This document shows, in pieces, positions 38,114 through 48,494 of a stretch of DNA of 64,000 bases. The DNA comes from a virus. Lineage: Duplodnaviria > Caudoviricetes. The DNA is taken from the IMG/VR virus record IMGVR_UViG_3300028888_000057; one strand, given 5' to 3'. Below the pieces are notes generated by a model that ran no database searches, was not told the origin of the DNA, and saw nothing but the letters and a program-made list of their open reading frames with translations. Each line of letters starts with the position of its first letter. Within the stretch, counting starts at the first letter, position 1. The translations under genes and the position numbers were made by a program.

Positions 38114-38494
38114 ATGGCAAATGATGCAAAAGTATGTATTGTTGGAAATCTGATCAAGGATCCTATGCAGAACAATTATAACAACTCAACTGTTGTCTCT
38201 TTCATCGTGGCCGTTAAGACCACCAAAAAGGATGCGGAGAATAAACCTGTTTCTGACCTGTACAGCGTAAGCGTATGGGGAAAGTTCGGAGAAGTTCTTT
38301 ATCCCATGATGCAAAAGGGAACGATGGTTCAGGTAGTTGGCGACCTGATCCTTCAGGAATATACCGATAAAAAGACCGGAGAAAAGAGAGAAGGTCTCGC
38401 AGTGCGAGCTTCTGACGTAAAACTGCTGGCAAAATTAAAGAGCGCCCCGAAGAATAATAATGATGATGATTATTCTGGGCCAGACCCATTCTAA
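38114..38494 (+). CDS. ssb: single-stranded DNA-binding protein
   Basis: VGNLIKDP..F.VAV..SVWGK..KG..V.V.G.L; DDDYSGPDPF tail. Confidence 0.85.
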   Translation: MANDAKVCIVGNLIKDPMQNNYNNSTVVSFIVAVKTTKKDAENKPVSDLYSVSVWGKFGEVLYPMMQKGTMVQVVGDLILQEYTDKKTGEKREGLAVRASDVKLLAKLKSAPKNNNDDDYSGPDPF

Positions 38495-38687
38495 TAAGTA
38501 AATAATAATCTGCAATGAGCTACCGAGTGAGAACTTGGTTCTGTTGATGTAATTAGCAGATTCGAAAAGGTAAATAATCGAGTTTCCTGGCTGCCAAACT
38601 AGGGCAGCCAGGAAACTCATAACAAAATAAATCTTAAGATTGCAGAAAAATATAAAAAAAGGGAAAAAGAAAGGAACAGAAAATATT

Positions 38688-39842
38688 ATGAACGCGATGA
38701 CGAGTGCCGTTATTGATCTCGCCAACAAACACAACTTTGACGAATGGCGGATTATCGGAGACGAATTGAAGGTTAAGGGAAAATGTCCTTTGTGCTTCGG
38801 CGGCCCGCATGGCGACCGTGACACATTCTCTATCAACACAATTACCGGAGCTTGGAACTGCAAGCGCGGCAACTGTGAAGGAATTGATGGAGCCGGAAAA
38901 ACAAGTGGAACTTTCAAAGAACTCTGTCGTTATTTCGGGGAAGAAGCTCCGGAAGGATTTGCGATGCCCCGTCAGTCTGTAGCGAAGAAAAAGAGCTATG
39001 ATAAACCTGATCCTAACAACATTAAGCCCATCACGGAAGAAATCATTCGCTATTTTGCGACCAGAAAGATTAGTGAAGAAACTCTTCAGGATTGGAAGAT
39101 TGGTTCCGACAAGGAAGGAAACATTGTGTTTCCGTTCTATCGTGACAACATCTTGACGTATGTCAAGTATCGGGTTCCAAAGAAGTTTGAAACGCTTAAG
39201 AAGGAATATGAAGAAAAGATTGCCAATCTGTTCCCTGATGAGGCGGCTAAGATCAAGAAGCCGATGAAGGAATGGCAGATGGCTAATACAGAGCCGATTC
39301 TTTATGGCATGGACAATGTGACGTTTAACAAGCCTCTTGTGATTGTCGAAGGTCAGATTGATGCGCTTTCCATGTATGAAGCAGGCGTGTCCAATGTCGT
39401 GTCCGTTCCGGCCGGATGCAATAATCTGGAATGGATTAATCTCTGCTGGGACTGGCTGGAAAAGTTTAATCAGATCATTCTCTTTGGAGATTCTGATGAA
39501 CCTGGAATGGAAATGATGTCTGTTGTTTCCAAGCGGCTGGGAGAGGATCGGTGCATGATCCCCAAAGAGTATCCTGAAGTTATCTGGAATGGGCAAGATC
39601 TTAACAGGATCTGCAAGGATGCTAATGAAATCCTCGTATGTTATGGGCCTGATTATCTTAAAGAACTGGTTGATTCATGTGAACCTGCTCCGATTAAGGG
39701 TGTATTGGAACTGTCGAAAATTCCGTTTATTGATCCGACAACTGTGCCGAGAATCATGACCAAGATTCCGCAGCTGGACAATATGATTGGCGGGCTGGGA
39801 GAAGGCGGAGTAACGATTATTAGCGGAAAAAGGGGCGAGGGT
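38688..39842 (+). CDS. primase-helicase (T7 gp4/Twinkle-like), exon 1
   Basis: CPLC..WNCKRGNC Zn finger, IVEGQIDALS, SVPAG, GDSDEPG TOPRIM, KDANE; first half of Walker A (SGKRGEG). Confidence 0.9.
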
Positions 39843-40697
39843 GGACGATTCGCCCTCGTAAAACATGGTGAACCTATAAATATAGGGTGTGCCGTAAGGT
39901 GCTAACGGGGAAGCCTAAAGCAATGCCATGGTAATCCCGTGCCAAGACTGCTGCACTAATATTCTAACAGGATGGTGATGTGCATTGAATATTAAGCATG
40001 AATTGGATATTGTTGGAAAACATTTTTTTGACAATTCTGGTTTAGAATTTGTTGTACTATGTGAAGCTGGTAGATCAGAATGCGGCAATATGTTGTATGA
40101 TATCAAATATGTAAAGTCAGGATATATAAATAAAAAAAGAAGACGGATAGAAATTAGAAGAGGAGAAGTTAAAGATAAACTAGCTCCTGTTGTATCCGGT
40201 GTGGGTTGCATTGGTGATGTAATTATTCCGAATTCAAAATGTATCAACAGAAAACTATATGAAACATGGAAAAACATGATTTATAGATGTTATAACCCAA
40301 AATGTCACTCATATAAATATTATGGTGCGCGAGGAGTTAAAGTCTGTAAAGAATGGTTATGTTTTGAATGTTTTCTGAGAGATGTAAAAGAATTAAATGG
40401 ATACAATGAAGAATTAATTATGAATAAAATGATTGAGTTAGACAAAGATATCATAAATAGATCCGCCAAAGAATATAACCAGCAAACATGTCAATGGGTT
40501 CTTGTTTCTGACAATAGAAGTGAATCTGCTAAACACAGATGGGATCAGTATAGAATGCAGCAGTAAGGTGTAACGACTATCCCGTAAGGGAGTAACGTAT
40601 TGGTGAAACTCCAATATGTGAAGTGCCATGCCTAGGACTGAACATCCTAGCGAAGATATAGTCTGATCTACATGGAAACATGTAGCTAACATAAATG
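39843..40697 (+). mobile_element. group I intron within the helicase Walker A
   Basis: P1 CGAGGGT/GCCCTCG with U.G; core CGACTA..GATATAGTC; terminal G at 40697; splicing yields GKRGEG-KST. Confidence 0.9.
39985..40566 (+). CDS. intron-encoded HNH-type homing endonuclease
   Basis: YETWKNMIYRCY..YGARGVKVCKEW..F..F..D..LDKD..TCQWV. Confidence 0.75.
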   Translation: MNIKHELDIVGKHFFDNSGLEFVVLCEAGRSECGNMLYDIKYVKSGYINKKRRRIEIRRGEVKDKLAPVVSGVGCIGDVIIPNSKCINRKLYETWKNMIYRCYNPKCHSYKYYGARGVKVCKEWLCFECFLRDVKELNGYNEELIMNKMIELDKDIINRSAKEYNQQTCQWVLVSDNRSESAKHRWDQYRMQQ

Positions 40698-41495
40698 AAA
40701 TCTACCATTGCTGGACCGATTGCTCTTAGTGCTATTCAGCAGGGTTATAAAGTATGCTCTTATTCTGGAGAACTTTCTGCTTACAAATATCTGGAGTGGA
40801 TTATGCTTCAGGCAACTGAAAGAAAGTATATTGCCTATAAGACTGATGAAAGATCCGGAAAGAATATTTGTTATGTGCAGGAAGATATTCAGACCAGAAT
40901 AAAGAGATGGCTGGATGGAAAATTCTTCCTGTATGACAACTCTATTATTTCGGACGAAAAGCAGACAGATTCCATTCTGAAAGCCTTTGAAGCATGTGCC
41001 AGAAGATATGGATGCAAAGTTTTTATCTGTGACAATTTGATGTCCGCACTGGTATCTTCAGACGAAGAAAACAAGGCGCAGGCAAAGTTCACTGCGCAGC
41101 TGAAGTCTTTCGCCGTAAAGTATAAGGCGCATGTATTGGTAGTCGCCCATCCAAGAAAGACAGCCTCTGGAAGTACGTTCCAGAATGATGACGTGAGTGG
41201 GAGTAGTGCGATTACAAACCTCGCTGACACTGTAATTAATGTTGAGAAGTCTCCTAAGTTAATTCGAGTAACAAAGAACAGAGACTTCGGTGTTACCGGA
41301 ACCATTCCGATGATGTACGATCCTGCAAACCGTAGACTGTTTCAGGCCTCAACTGCGGACAGGACGATCTATGGCTGGGATCATACAGGAATCAAAGTTC
41401 CGGAAGATGCCGCTGAAAGTCTTGAAGAGTTTGCAATTGATGACGGTGTAGACCATTCATCTGATGTTATGAAAGAACTGTTTGAAAGAGGGTGA
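40698..41495 (+). CDS. primase-helicase exon 2 (SF4 helicase)
   Basis: KST, YSGEL, FICDNLM, LVVAHPRK, SGSSAITNLAD, KNR. Confidence 0.9.
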   Translation, partial: KSTIAGPIALSAIQQGYKVCSYSGELSAYKYLEWIMLQATERKYIAYKTDERSGKNICYVQEDIQTRIKRWLDGKFFLYDNSIISDEKQTDSILKAFEACARRYGCKVFICDNLMSALVSSDEENKAQAKFTAQLKSFAVKYKAHVLVVAHPRKTASGSTFQNDDVSGSSAITNLADTVINVEKSPKLIRVTKNRDFGVTGTIPMMYDPANRRLFQASTADRTIYGWDHTGIKVPEDAAESLEEFAIDDGVDHSSDVMKELFERG

Positions 41496-43051
41496 TGAAC
41501 ATGACTTTTGTTCAGGTTAAATTTAAAACGGTATACGGTGAACCGGACGCTGTGATGGGCGGAATTGCTGTCTACAAGTATGATCATTTGATTGGTGTAA
41601 TATGCGGATGCTGTGGCCATTACCATCCTGCAAAAGAAGTGTTCATCGTCAAAGAGTATGAAGAATGGTTAAATTTGGGCGATGCAATCGTTGAGATTAA
41701 CGATGCTGCGGAGGACTGGGATGACGAATTTGAAGACGAATAAACTTAGATTGTACGATATCGAAGTAACAGAAACCTGTAAATCCTTTTATACTGTTCA
41801 AGCACATAACGCCAAAGAAGCTAATGAACTATTTGAAAAGTGGGTTAACGAAGAAGGAGCTGATACTGTAGCCCGAGATCTAAGTAAGAATTGCTTGGGT
41901 TGGGACTACAGTACAGCGAAACCTGCTAATCCTTCTTCGTGGATCGATGTCCCCTATAAAGAGTAATGTATACGGCTTACAAAACTACGTATCAACTTAG
42001 AGAATTAAAATTTGATACGGAAAGAGAAGCTTTGGATTATGTGCATTCATTAAAGAAAAGTGTTCAGAAGTATTATAAGGTTGTCTGTGCTTTAGATTTA
42101 ACATGGAACGTCTTTGCTATTTTACCGTCTGATGAAATATTGTCTTCAGAAACGTTCCAGGCTGCTGAAAAGTGGTGCGAAGATGCTCCGTGTGATTCTT
42201 ATATTCTTAACGGCAAAGGGAATATATGCTGCCGAATTGATGGCTGCATAAAGGAGTTGAACAGCATTGAATCTGTTCGATTCTTTAAAAACAAAATTTT
42301 GTGTATCGAAAGAGATACATCAAATCAAATTAACAACGTTATCGCTGTAAAAAGAATTGAAAATATAAACAAACACATTGAACACATATTAGAAAGTGAG
42401 GGGATTTCAGATGAACGTATTTGTATTAGTTGAAGAAACTGAACAGCCGGAATTCGTATATGATGGAGAAGCAGCGGAACCGACCAGTCGGATCATGGGG
42501 ATTTATCAGGATTCCGAACGAGCCAATAAAGAAATGGAAAAGTTCAATGAAATGGCTAAGAAAGATGAAGAGGAATACGAAACCGATCCTGTAACTTATT
42601 ATGTAGAAGAGAGACCTCTGCTGTGATATATAGAGCAAGCGTTCTGACAAGAATGGGAAACTATTCAAAAGAATTCGCTACAATTCAACAGGCCGCCGAA
42701 TGGCTGGATTCTGAAAACAATAATGGTGAATACACAACCATGATTGAAACTTTTGATGAGAAAGGAAGAAAAGAAGATGGGTTCTTTTATACTACCTCGG
42801 CAAAATAAAAGAATCAGAATCCCATTCGGTAATGGATATGAATTAATAGCTGAATCGTCTGAAAATCATGAGTGTCAGATTGCGATTGAAATATATAAGA
42901 ATGGCAGTTTTGTACAGGATTTGGCTGTTATCGAAGCTACATGCGACGACAACGGAGAAGTTATTGGAAATCTGTTCGATGTGTTTTTATATGAAGACGA
43001 GAAAAAGGAAAGTTATACATCAAAGCATCATATTAAAGTAAACCGAGGTGA

Positions 43052-43900
43052 TTGATCTTGAGCTTAATAGAACCAGGTCACCAATACTCGTATAGCCAAC
43101 TAAGTTCATTTGATGAATGCAAATATGGTTTTTATCTTCTAAGAATTGAGAGAATTAAAGATCAGGCCAGCAATGCATTCGCTCAAAGAGGAAGTCTTGT
43201 TCATGAACTGTTGGATATGTGGGCAAAAGGAATTCTTTCCAAAGCAGATATGTTGACTGAGTATGAAAATAAATATTCAGAATATGTTCAGGATCAATTT
43301 CCTCGTATGATGAAGGGCTATACGACAAAAGCTTACGAACAGGGAATAGAGTTCCTGAAGAACTTTGATGAGTTCAAGGGATATGAAGTTCTGCTGGCTG
43401 AAGAAAAGTATACTTCAGAGATTCCGTTGAAAGACGGAACAACAAGACCGTTTGTTGGCGTTGTAGACTTAGTACTTCGTGATTTATCTAATGGCGATTT
43501 GATTGTCTGTGACCATAAGTCTAAATCTGAAAGATCGTTTCAGAAGGATGCGGACAAAATGTATATGCAACAGTATATGTATTCTCAATTCGTCAAAGAT
43601 AAGTACGGAGAATATCCTAAAAGGCTAATGTTCCATTTGTTCAATGCTGATGGGATCAAGCCAGAAAGACCGTTTGATCTGGACACATATAACAAGACAA
43701 TGGAATGGGCGGCTGATACAATCGAGAAGATTGAAGCGTGTTCTATTCTCGATTGGTTTGTCTGTAAAGAAGTAGACGAAGAAAAGAATGATTTCTTCTG
43801 TACACAGCTTTGCAGCGCACGCAATGTATGTCCAAATGGTCAGATCAAACCTACAAAGAAACGTCAGGAAAATGATTTTTATTACGAAGGACAACAATAA
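43052..43900 (+). CDS. PD-(D/E)xK exonuclease (RecB/Cas4-like)
   Basis: YSYSQL..F..C..G..VH..E..GVVDLV..DHKS..Q..MY; C-terminal Cys cluster. Confidence 0.8.
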   Translation: MILSLIEPGHQYSYSQLSSFDECKYGFYLLRIERIKDQASNAFAQRGSLVHELLDMWAKGILSKADMLTEYENKYSEYVQDQFPRMMKGYTTKAYEQGIEFLKNFDEFKGYEVLLAEEKYTSEIPLKDGTTRPFVGVVDLVLRDLSNGDLIVCDHKSKSERSFQKDADKMYMQQYMYSQFVKDKYGEYPKRLMFHLFNADGIKPERPFDLDTYNKTMEWAADTIEKIEACSILDWFVCKEVDEEKNDFFCTQLCSARNVCPNGQIKPTKKRQENDFYYEGQQ

Positions 43901-44120
43901 TGAGAGCATATAGAAATAACACGATGGACGAGGCAGTCGGAGCTGCTGATAAAGAATGGCGTCAAATGGCTCGCCTTGCCGTTGTTATCAGAGAAAGAAA
44001 TAATAATCCCAAGTGGGAAGAAGAGAAAAGAAAGCTGTTTAAAGGTATCTATAAACGTCTTTTGGAAGATCCAATAGACGAAGTAAAGCGAGAAGCCCGC
44101 TGAGAAAGAGTTGATGTTAC

Positions 44121-47100
44121 TTGCTCTGTTTTGAGCCGTATCATGTTCATACAGCATATAGTAACTGTTTGACACAGCCTGACTCCACAATGAGTATTAT
44201 GGACTATGCGAAAGAATATCGAAACAGAGGCCATAAAGTGTTGTGTATATCCGAACACGGAAACAGATCCAATGTTTGGGAACAGTTTGATATATGCGAA
44301 GCTTTCAAAAAAGACAAAGACCCAAAAGGTAAGCTTCAGACTCCCTACGAAATGACGCCGATAGCCGCGGCTGAAACCTATTTCGTTCCAGACCGTACAC
44401 AGAAAGATAATAGAAACTTTCACTTAATTCTGATCGCAAAGAATCAGGAAGGCTTTTATCAATTAAACGAAATATTGTCAGAAGCCAATCTGACAGGATT
44501 CTATTATCATGCCAGAGTAGATTTTGATTTATTATCGCGGCTAGATTATCGAAACTTTCTGTGTACTTCGGCCTGCGTCGCTGGACCCGCCAGAGACCCG
44601 GACGGGGAGTCTTACTTAAATCAATTACATAATATTTTCAGAGAAAACTTTTATCTCGAAGTACAACATCATCCACAGAAAATACAGGTTGAAACAAATA
44701 AAAGACTATTGGAATTCTCAAAGAAATATAAATGGCCATTGATTTACGGAACGGACAGCCATTATGTATTTAAAGAAGAAAAAGAATTAAGAAAAGAATT
44801 GCTTCTATCAGCTCATATAACTTATGGTTCAGAAGACGAATTCCTACTTTATCTTCCAACGGCCGAAGAAGCTTATGAAATGTTCAGGGAACAGGGTGTA
44901 TTAAACAAAGCTCAGATAGAAGAAGCAATGGAAAATACACTTCAGCTCAGAGAGTTTGAAGGTGTTCATTTTACAAATGAAAAGAAAATTCCTAATGCGT
45001 ATCCAGATCTTCCGTTAGACAGACGCAATTATCTTTATAAGAAAATGGTCTGTGACGAATATATTAAAAAAGCTGGAATGCCTACAAAAGAAGAAGCCGC
45101 TGAATTGCATGCTGAAATGGACACAATGACGAATACCAAGACTGCAGATTATCCGTTAATTATGAAAAAGGTAATTGACAAAGGAATAGAATATGGCGGA
45201 TTACTTACTAAAACAGGCAGAGGATCCGGTGCGTCGTTTGCTACCAATTTTGCTTGCGGTTTCTCGTCAATCAACAGGCTTCACAGCCCTGTAAAAATGT
45301 TGCCGGAGCGATTTATATCAGAAGACAGATTAGCTAATGGGCTACCAGATTTGGATTGTAACATGGCCAACGTTGAAGCTTTCGAAAAAGCAGGCAAAGA
45401 AATTCTCGGAGAATGGGGTTGTCTGCCAATGATCGCTTATGGTACAACAAAGACATTGTCTGCTTTTAAACTTCTTGCGAGAGCAAGAGATGCGGCTGCT
45501 CAGAAATGGGCAGAAACAGACGATGAAGCTATCGAACTCAAAAATCAGATCGATGAGTTTGTCAAATATTACGGTCAAATAGATGATTCGCAATCTTGCT
45601 ATCGTAAATATATGGAACTGCTGGAAGAGCATGGAGCGATTCCGTTTGCTAAATCAAATGAAATAGCAAAACAGATCCAGAACTATGAACTTGATGTGAA
45701 ACATGCATTGGAAAACAACTCTGATGATCCTGATTATGATGTGAATGATGATATCCAGATTGAATCTTACGTTGAAGAAAAATACCTTGATATAATTGAA
45801 GAGTCTAAGAAATACAAAAACATTGTTACGAGTTGGTTGCCACATCCTTGCGCACACATTCTGCTTGATAAAGACCTTCGCCGTGAAACTGGGGTTGTAA
45901 GGCTTAAGTCGAAGAGTGGAAGCAAAGGAGAAGTTTATGCAGCTTACATCGATGGAAAGACTGCTGATGCTTATAACTATCTAAAAGCAGACTTTTTGCG
46001 TGTTGACGTAGTCAAATTAATTTATGAAGCTTTTAATCTTGCCGGATTAGAGGTTATGTCTGTTGATGAGTTGCTTAATGATGTTAAAGATGATGAAGCT
46101 ATTTGGAAACTATATTCCAATGGTTATACTCAAGGGCTTAATCAGTGCGAGCGTGATGCTTCAACAAAAAAAGTTATGAGGTATAAACCGCATAACGTTG
46201 AGGAGTTAACTGCGTTCATCGCTGGCATAAGGCCTGGTTTTAGATCAATGCTAGAAACATTCCTGAACAGACAGCATTTCGAATACGGTATTCCATCATT
46301 AGATAATCTATTAAGAACAAAAGCAATTCCAGAAAGCTTTCTAATATATGATGAACAAATTCTTAGAGTATTGAAAGCAGCTGGATTGCCAGGACCAAAA
46401 GCATATGCAACAACAAAAGCAATAAAAAAGAAAAAGACTGAAAAGGTTTTGGCAGCAAAAGAAGAATTTAAAACAGGTTTTACGAAATATCTGAAAGAAA
46501 CTGAAGGAGCTTCAGAAGAAAAAGCTCATGAGGTAGTTGATCAGGTATGGACAATCATTGAGAATGCAGCAAATTATATGTTTTGTGCTGCTCATGCATT
46601 CTCAATGGCCTGTGATAGTCTGTATGTCGCATGGTTAAAAGTTCATTATCCATACGAGCTTTATCTTACAATGCTGAAACTTTATGACAGTAAGAAAAAT
46701 CTTGATAAGATAGCAAAGATTATTTCCGAAATGAAACGATACAAAGGAATAAATATGACCGTTGGGCAGTTCGGTCAAGACAACAGAGATTGGGTAGTTG
46801 ACAAAGAAAGCAAAACAATCAGTCAATCTTTGTCTTCTATTCGGTTCATGAACAAGAAAATAGCTAATCAGCTATATGATCTTGGCCGCCAAAGTAAAGC
46901 CTATATGGGAACTGTTTATTCTAAAGTAAAGAACGCTGAAACCAAACGTATTTCCGTCGAAGAGGCTCTAGTCGAGGCTCAGGCAACAATGAGCACAGAA
47001 GAATACGAAGCTTATAAAGCCTCAGTCGAAGGGAAAAAGTTTATTACAAAAGAAATCACTCCGGCTGAATATAGTTCTGTTGATATCGAAGAGCCGCTGG

Positions 47101-47684
47101 ATTGCTTCACAAACTTATTGAGAGCAATTCAGATGAGCACAGCGCTCGATGCGAGACAGATTGTTATTCTCATAGAGCTGGGATATTTCAAACAGTTCGG
47201 CGGGTCTGGAAAACTGATGAAGGTCTACAATGAGTTCTTCGGTGGCGAGAACAAGCTGACAAAATCAATCAAGTCATTTGCTGAGAGACTTGAGAAATGC
47301 AGAGAATATGAGAAATCATTACCTGACGAAGAACTTTCGTACTCTACGAGACTTTATTCAGAAATGAGCAACGTTGGGATGTGCCTGACAGTTGATCCAT
47401 CCGCACCTGGAAACCTCTATTTTGTTGTCGAAGTTGACGCAAAATATGGAGTTAAATGCAAAATGTATTCTGTTCATCGTGGAAGCTCTGGCATAATACG
47501 TTTCCGCAAGGATGATTTTGCAAATAAACTTTTTAAGGCAGGAGACTGCATAGAATTACTCGAATTTAATAAGAGTCCCAAATATATTTATAAGGGTGGC
47601 GAGAAGACTCGCGTCCCGAATGAATATGATATTTGGGCGAAAAACTACAAAGTTGTTTACTCCCTCGAAAATAAAGGAGATTGA
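44121..47684 (+). CDS. dnaE: DNA polymerase III alpha-like (family C)
   Basis: PHP motifs HVHT..SEHG..HL.L.AKN..TDSHY, GRGSGA, PDLD, HPCA, KADFL, Y.F..AHA. Confidence 0.93.
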   Translation: MLCFEPYHVHTAYSNCLTQPDSTMSIMDYAKEYRNRGHKVLCISEHGNRSNVWEQFDICEAFKKDKDPKGKLQTPYEMTPIAAAETYFVPDRTQKDNRNFHLILIAKNQEGFYQLNEILSEANLTGFYYHARVDFDLLSRLDYRNFLCTSACVAGPARDPDGESYLNQLHNIFRENFYLEVQHHPQKIQVETNKRLLEFSKKYKWPLIYGTDSHYVFKEEKELRKELLLSAHITYGSEDEFLLYLPTAEEAYEMFREQGVLNKAQIEEAMENTLQLREFEGVHFTNEKKIPNAYPDLPLDRRNYLYKKMVCDEYIKKAGMPTKEEAAELHAEMDTMTNTKTADYPLIMKKVIDKGIEYGGLLTKTGRGSGASFATNFACGFSSINRLHSPVKMLPERFISEDRLANGLPDLDCNMANVEAFEKAGKEILGEWGCLPMIAYGTTKTLSAFKLLARARDAAAQKWAETDDEAIELKNQIDEFVKYYGQIDDSQSCYRKYMELLEEHGAIPFAKSNEIAKQIQNYELDVKHALENNSDDPDYDVNDDIQIESYVEEKYLDIIEESKKYKNIVTSWLPHPCAHILLDKDLRRETGVVRLKSKSGSKGEVYAAYIDGKTADAYNYLKADFLRVDVVKLIYEAFNLAGLEVMSVDELLNDVKDDEAIWKLYSNGYTQGLNQCERDASTKKVMRYKPHNVEELTAFIAGIRPGFRSMLETFLNRQHFEYGIPSLDNLLRTKAIPESFLIYDEQILRVLKAAGLPGPKAYATTKAIKKKKTEKVLAAKEEFKTGFTKYLKETEGASEEKAHEVVDQVWTIIENAANYMFCAAHAFSMACDSLYVAWLKVHYPYELYLTMLKLYDSKKNLDKIAKIISEMKRYKGINMTVGQFGQDNRDWVVDKESKTISQSLSSIRFMNKKIANQLYDLGRQSKAYMGTVYSKVKNAETKRISVEEALVEAQATMSTEEYEAYKASVEGKKFITKEITPAEYSSVDIEEPLDCFTNLLRAIQMSTALDARQIVILIELGYFKQFGGSGKLMKVYNEFFGGENKLTKSIKSFAERLEKCREYEKSLPDEELSYSTRLYSEMSNVGMCLTVDPSAPGNLYFVVEVDAKYGVKCKMYSVHRGSSGIIRFRKDDFANKLFKAGDCIELLEFNKSPKYIYKGGEKTRVPNEYDIWAKNYKVVYSLENKGD

Positions 47685-47685
47685 A

Positions 47686-48009
47686 ATGAAAAGATATTAT
47701 TCGACAGAAAGCTTATTTGGTGGCCACAACTTCTATGACGAAGACGGGAAACAGATTGGTTACTCGACCGAGAGTCTGTTCGGCGGGGAAAACTATTATG
47801 ATTCCAATGGCCAAAACATGGGCTTTTCTACGGATGGATTGTTTGGAGAAAACTATTACGACAAAGATGGTGACTTTGCTGCTTACAGCACGCAAAGTTT
47901 GCTTGGAGGCAAGAATGTTTATGGATCTGATGGTGATACGATGGGATTCACAACAGACAGCCTCTTTGGAGGAGAAAACGGATTCTTCTTCGACGATGTA
48001 TTTGACTGA
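47686..48009 (+). CDS. acidic tandem-repeat protein
   Basis: Five approximately 21-aa (Y/F)STxSLFGGxNxYDxDG repeats; AAGGAG RBS. Confidence 0.7.
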   Translation: MKRYYSTESLFGGHNFYDEDGKQIGYSTESLFGGENYYDSNGQNMGFSTDGLFGENYYDKDGDFAAYSTQSLLGGKNVYGSDGDTMGFTTDSLFGGENGFFFDDVFD

Positions 48010-48088
48010 TAATTAAGGGAGTAACAACTTTATTATACGGAGAGCGATTTGTTCGCTCTCCGTTTTATAGTAAAGGAGTTGATCCCAT

Positions 48089-48484
48089 ATGGGTTATTTA
48101 GTCCCTCTGAAGTTCGTAAAAGTAAGTAATAAGCGAAGCGACAATCGACAATTCGATGTTGCGATTTGTGCAACACGTATCGTTGCAATCATGTCCACCG
48201 AAATCAGTCAGGCAAGAAAGACGATATCCAACGAAAGACAAGCCGGAACTTTAATCAATGCGTCCGGCGGCGCAAAAGCGAAATCTGCGATCTTTTTGGA
48301 TAATGGTTCTGTTATTGCGTCACCTCTGACGGTGCAGAGGATCATGAGCATAATCGAGAAGACAGACACTCCTGATGCTTACAAAAGACAGAATGTCAGG
48401 GTATACGATACAGAAGTTGCTGAACCAACTGAAGAGGATGAAGAATATATTGAAGATGATGAATATGACGATTTGGATTTTTAA
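48089..48484 (+). CDS. RemA/DUF370-like regulator
   Basis: RIVAIMS..ARK.I..R..G.LINA.GG.K.KS.IFLDNG.VI.S matches the RemA pattern. Confidence 0.65.
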   Translation: MGYLVPLKFVKVSNKRSDNRQFDVAICATRIVAIMSTEISQARKTISNERQAGTLINASGGAKAKSAIFLDNGSVIASPLTVQRIMSIIEKTDTPDAYKRQNVRVYDTEVAEPTEEDEEYIEDDEYDDLDF

Positions 48485-48494
48485 GGAGTAAATA

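Noticed and set aside
43052-43900. Cas4 adaptation nuclease for the RAMP locus
   Set aside because: Lies 22 kb away among replication genes; better explained as the recombination exonuclease partnering Sak
46998-47018. dnaE segment EEYEAYK as a self-target of array unit 3
   Set aside because: Only about 4-5 of 12 dinucleotides match; consistent with chance
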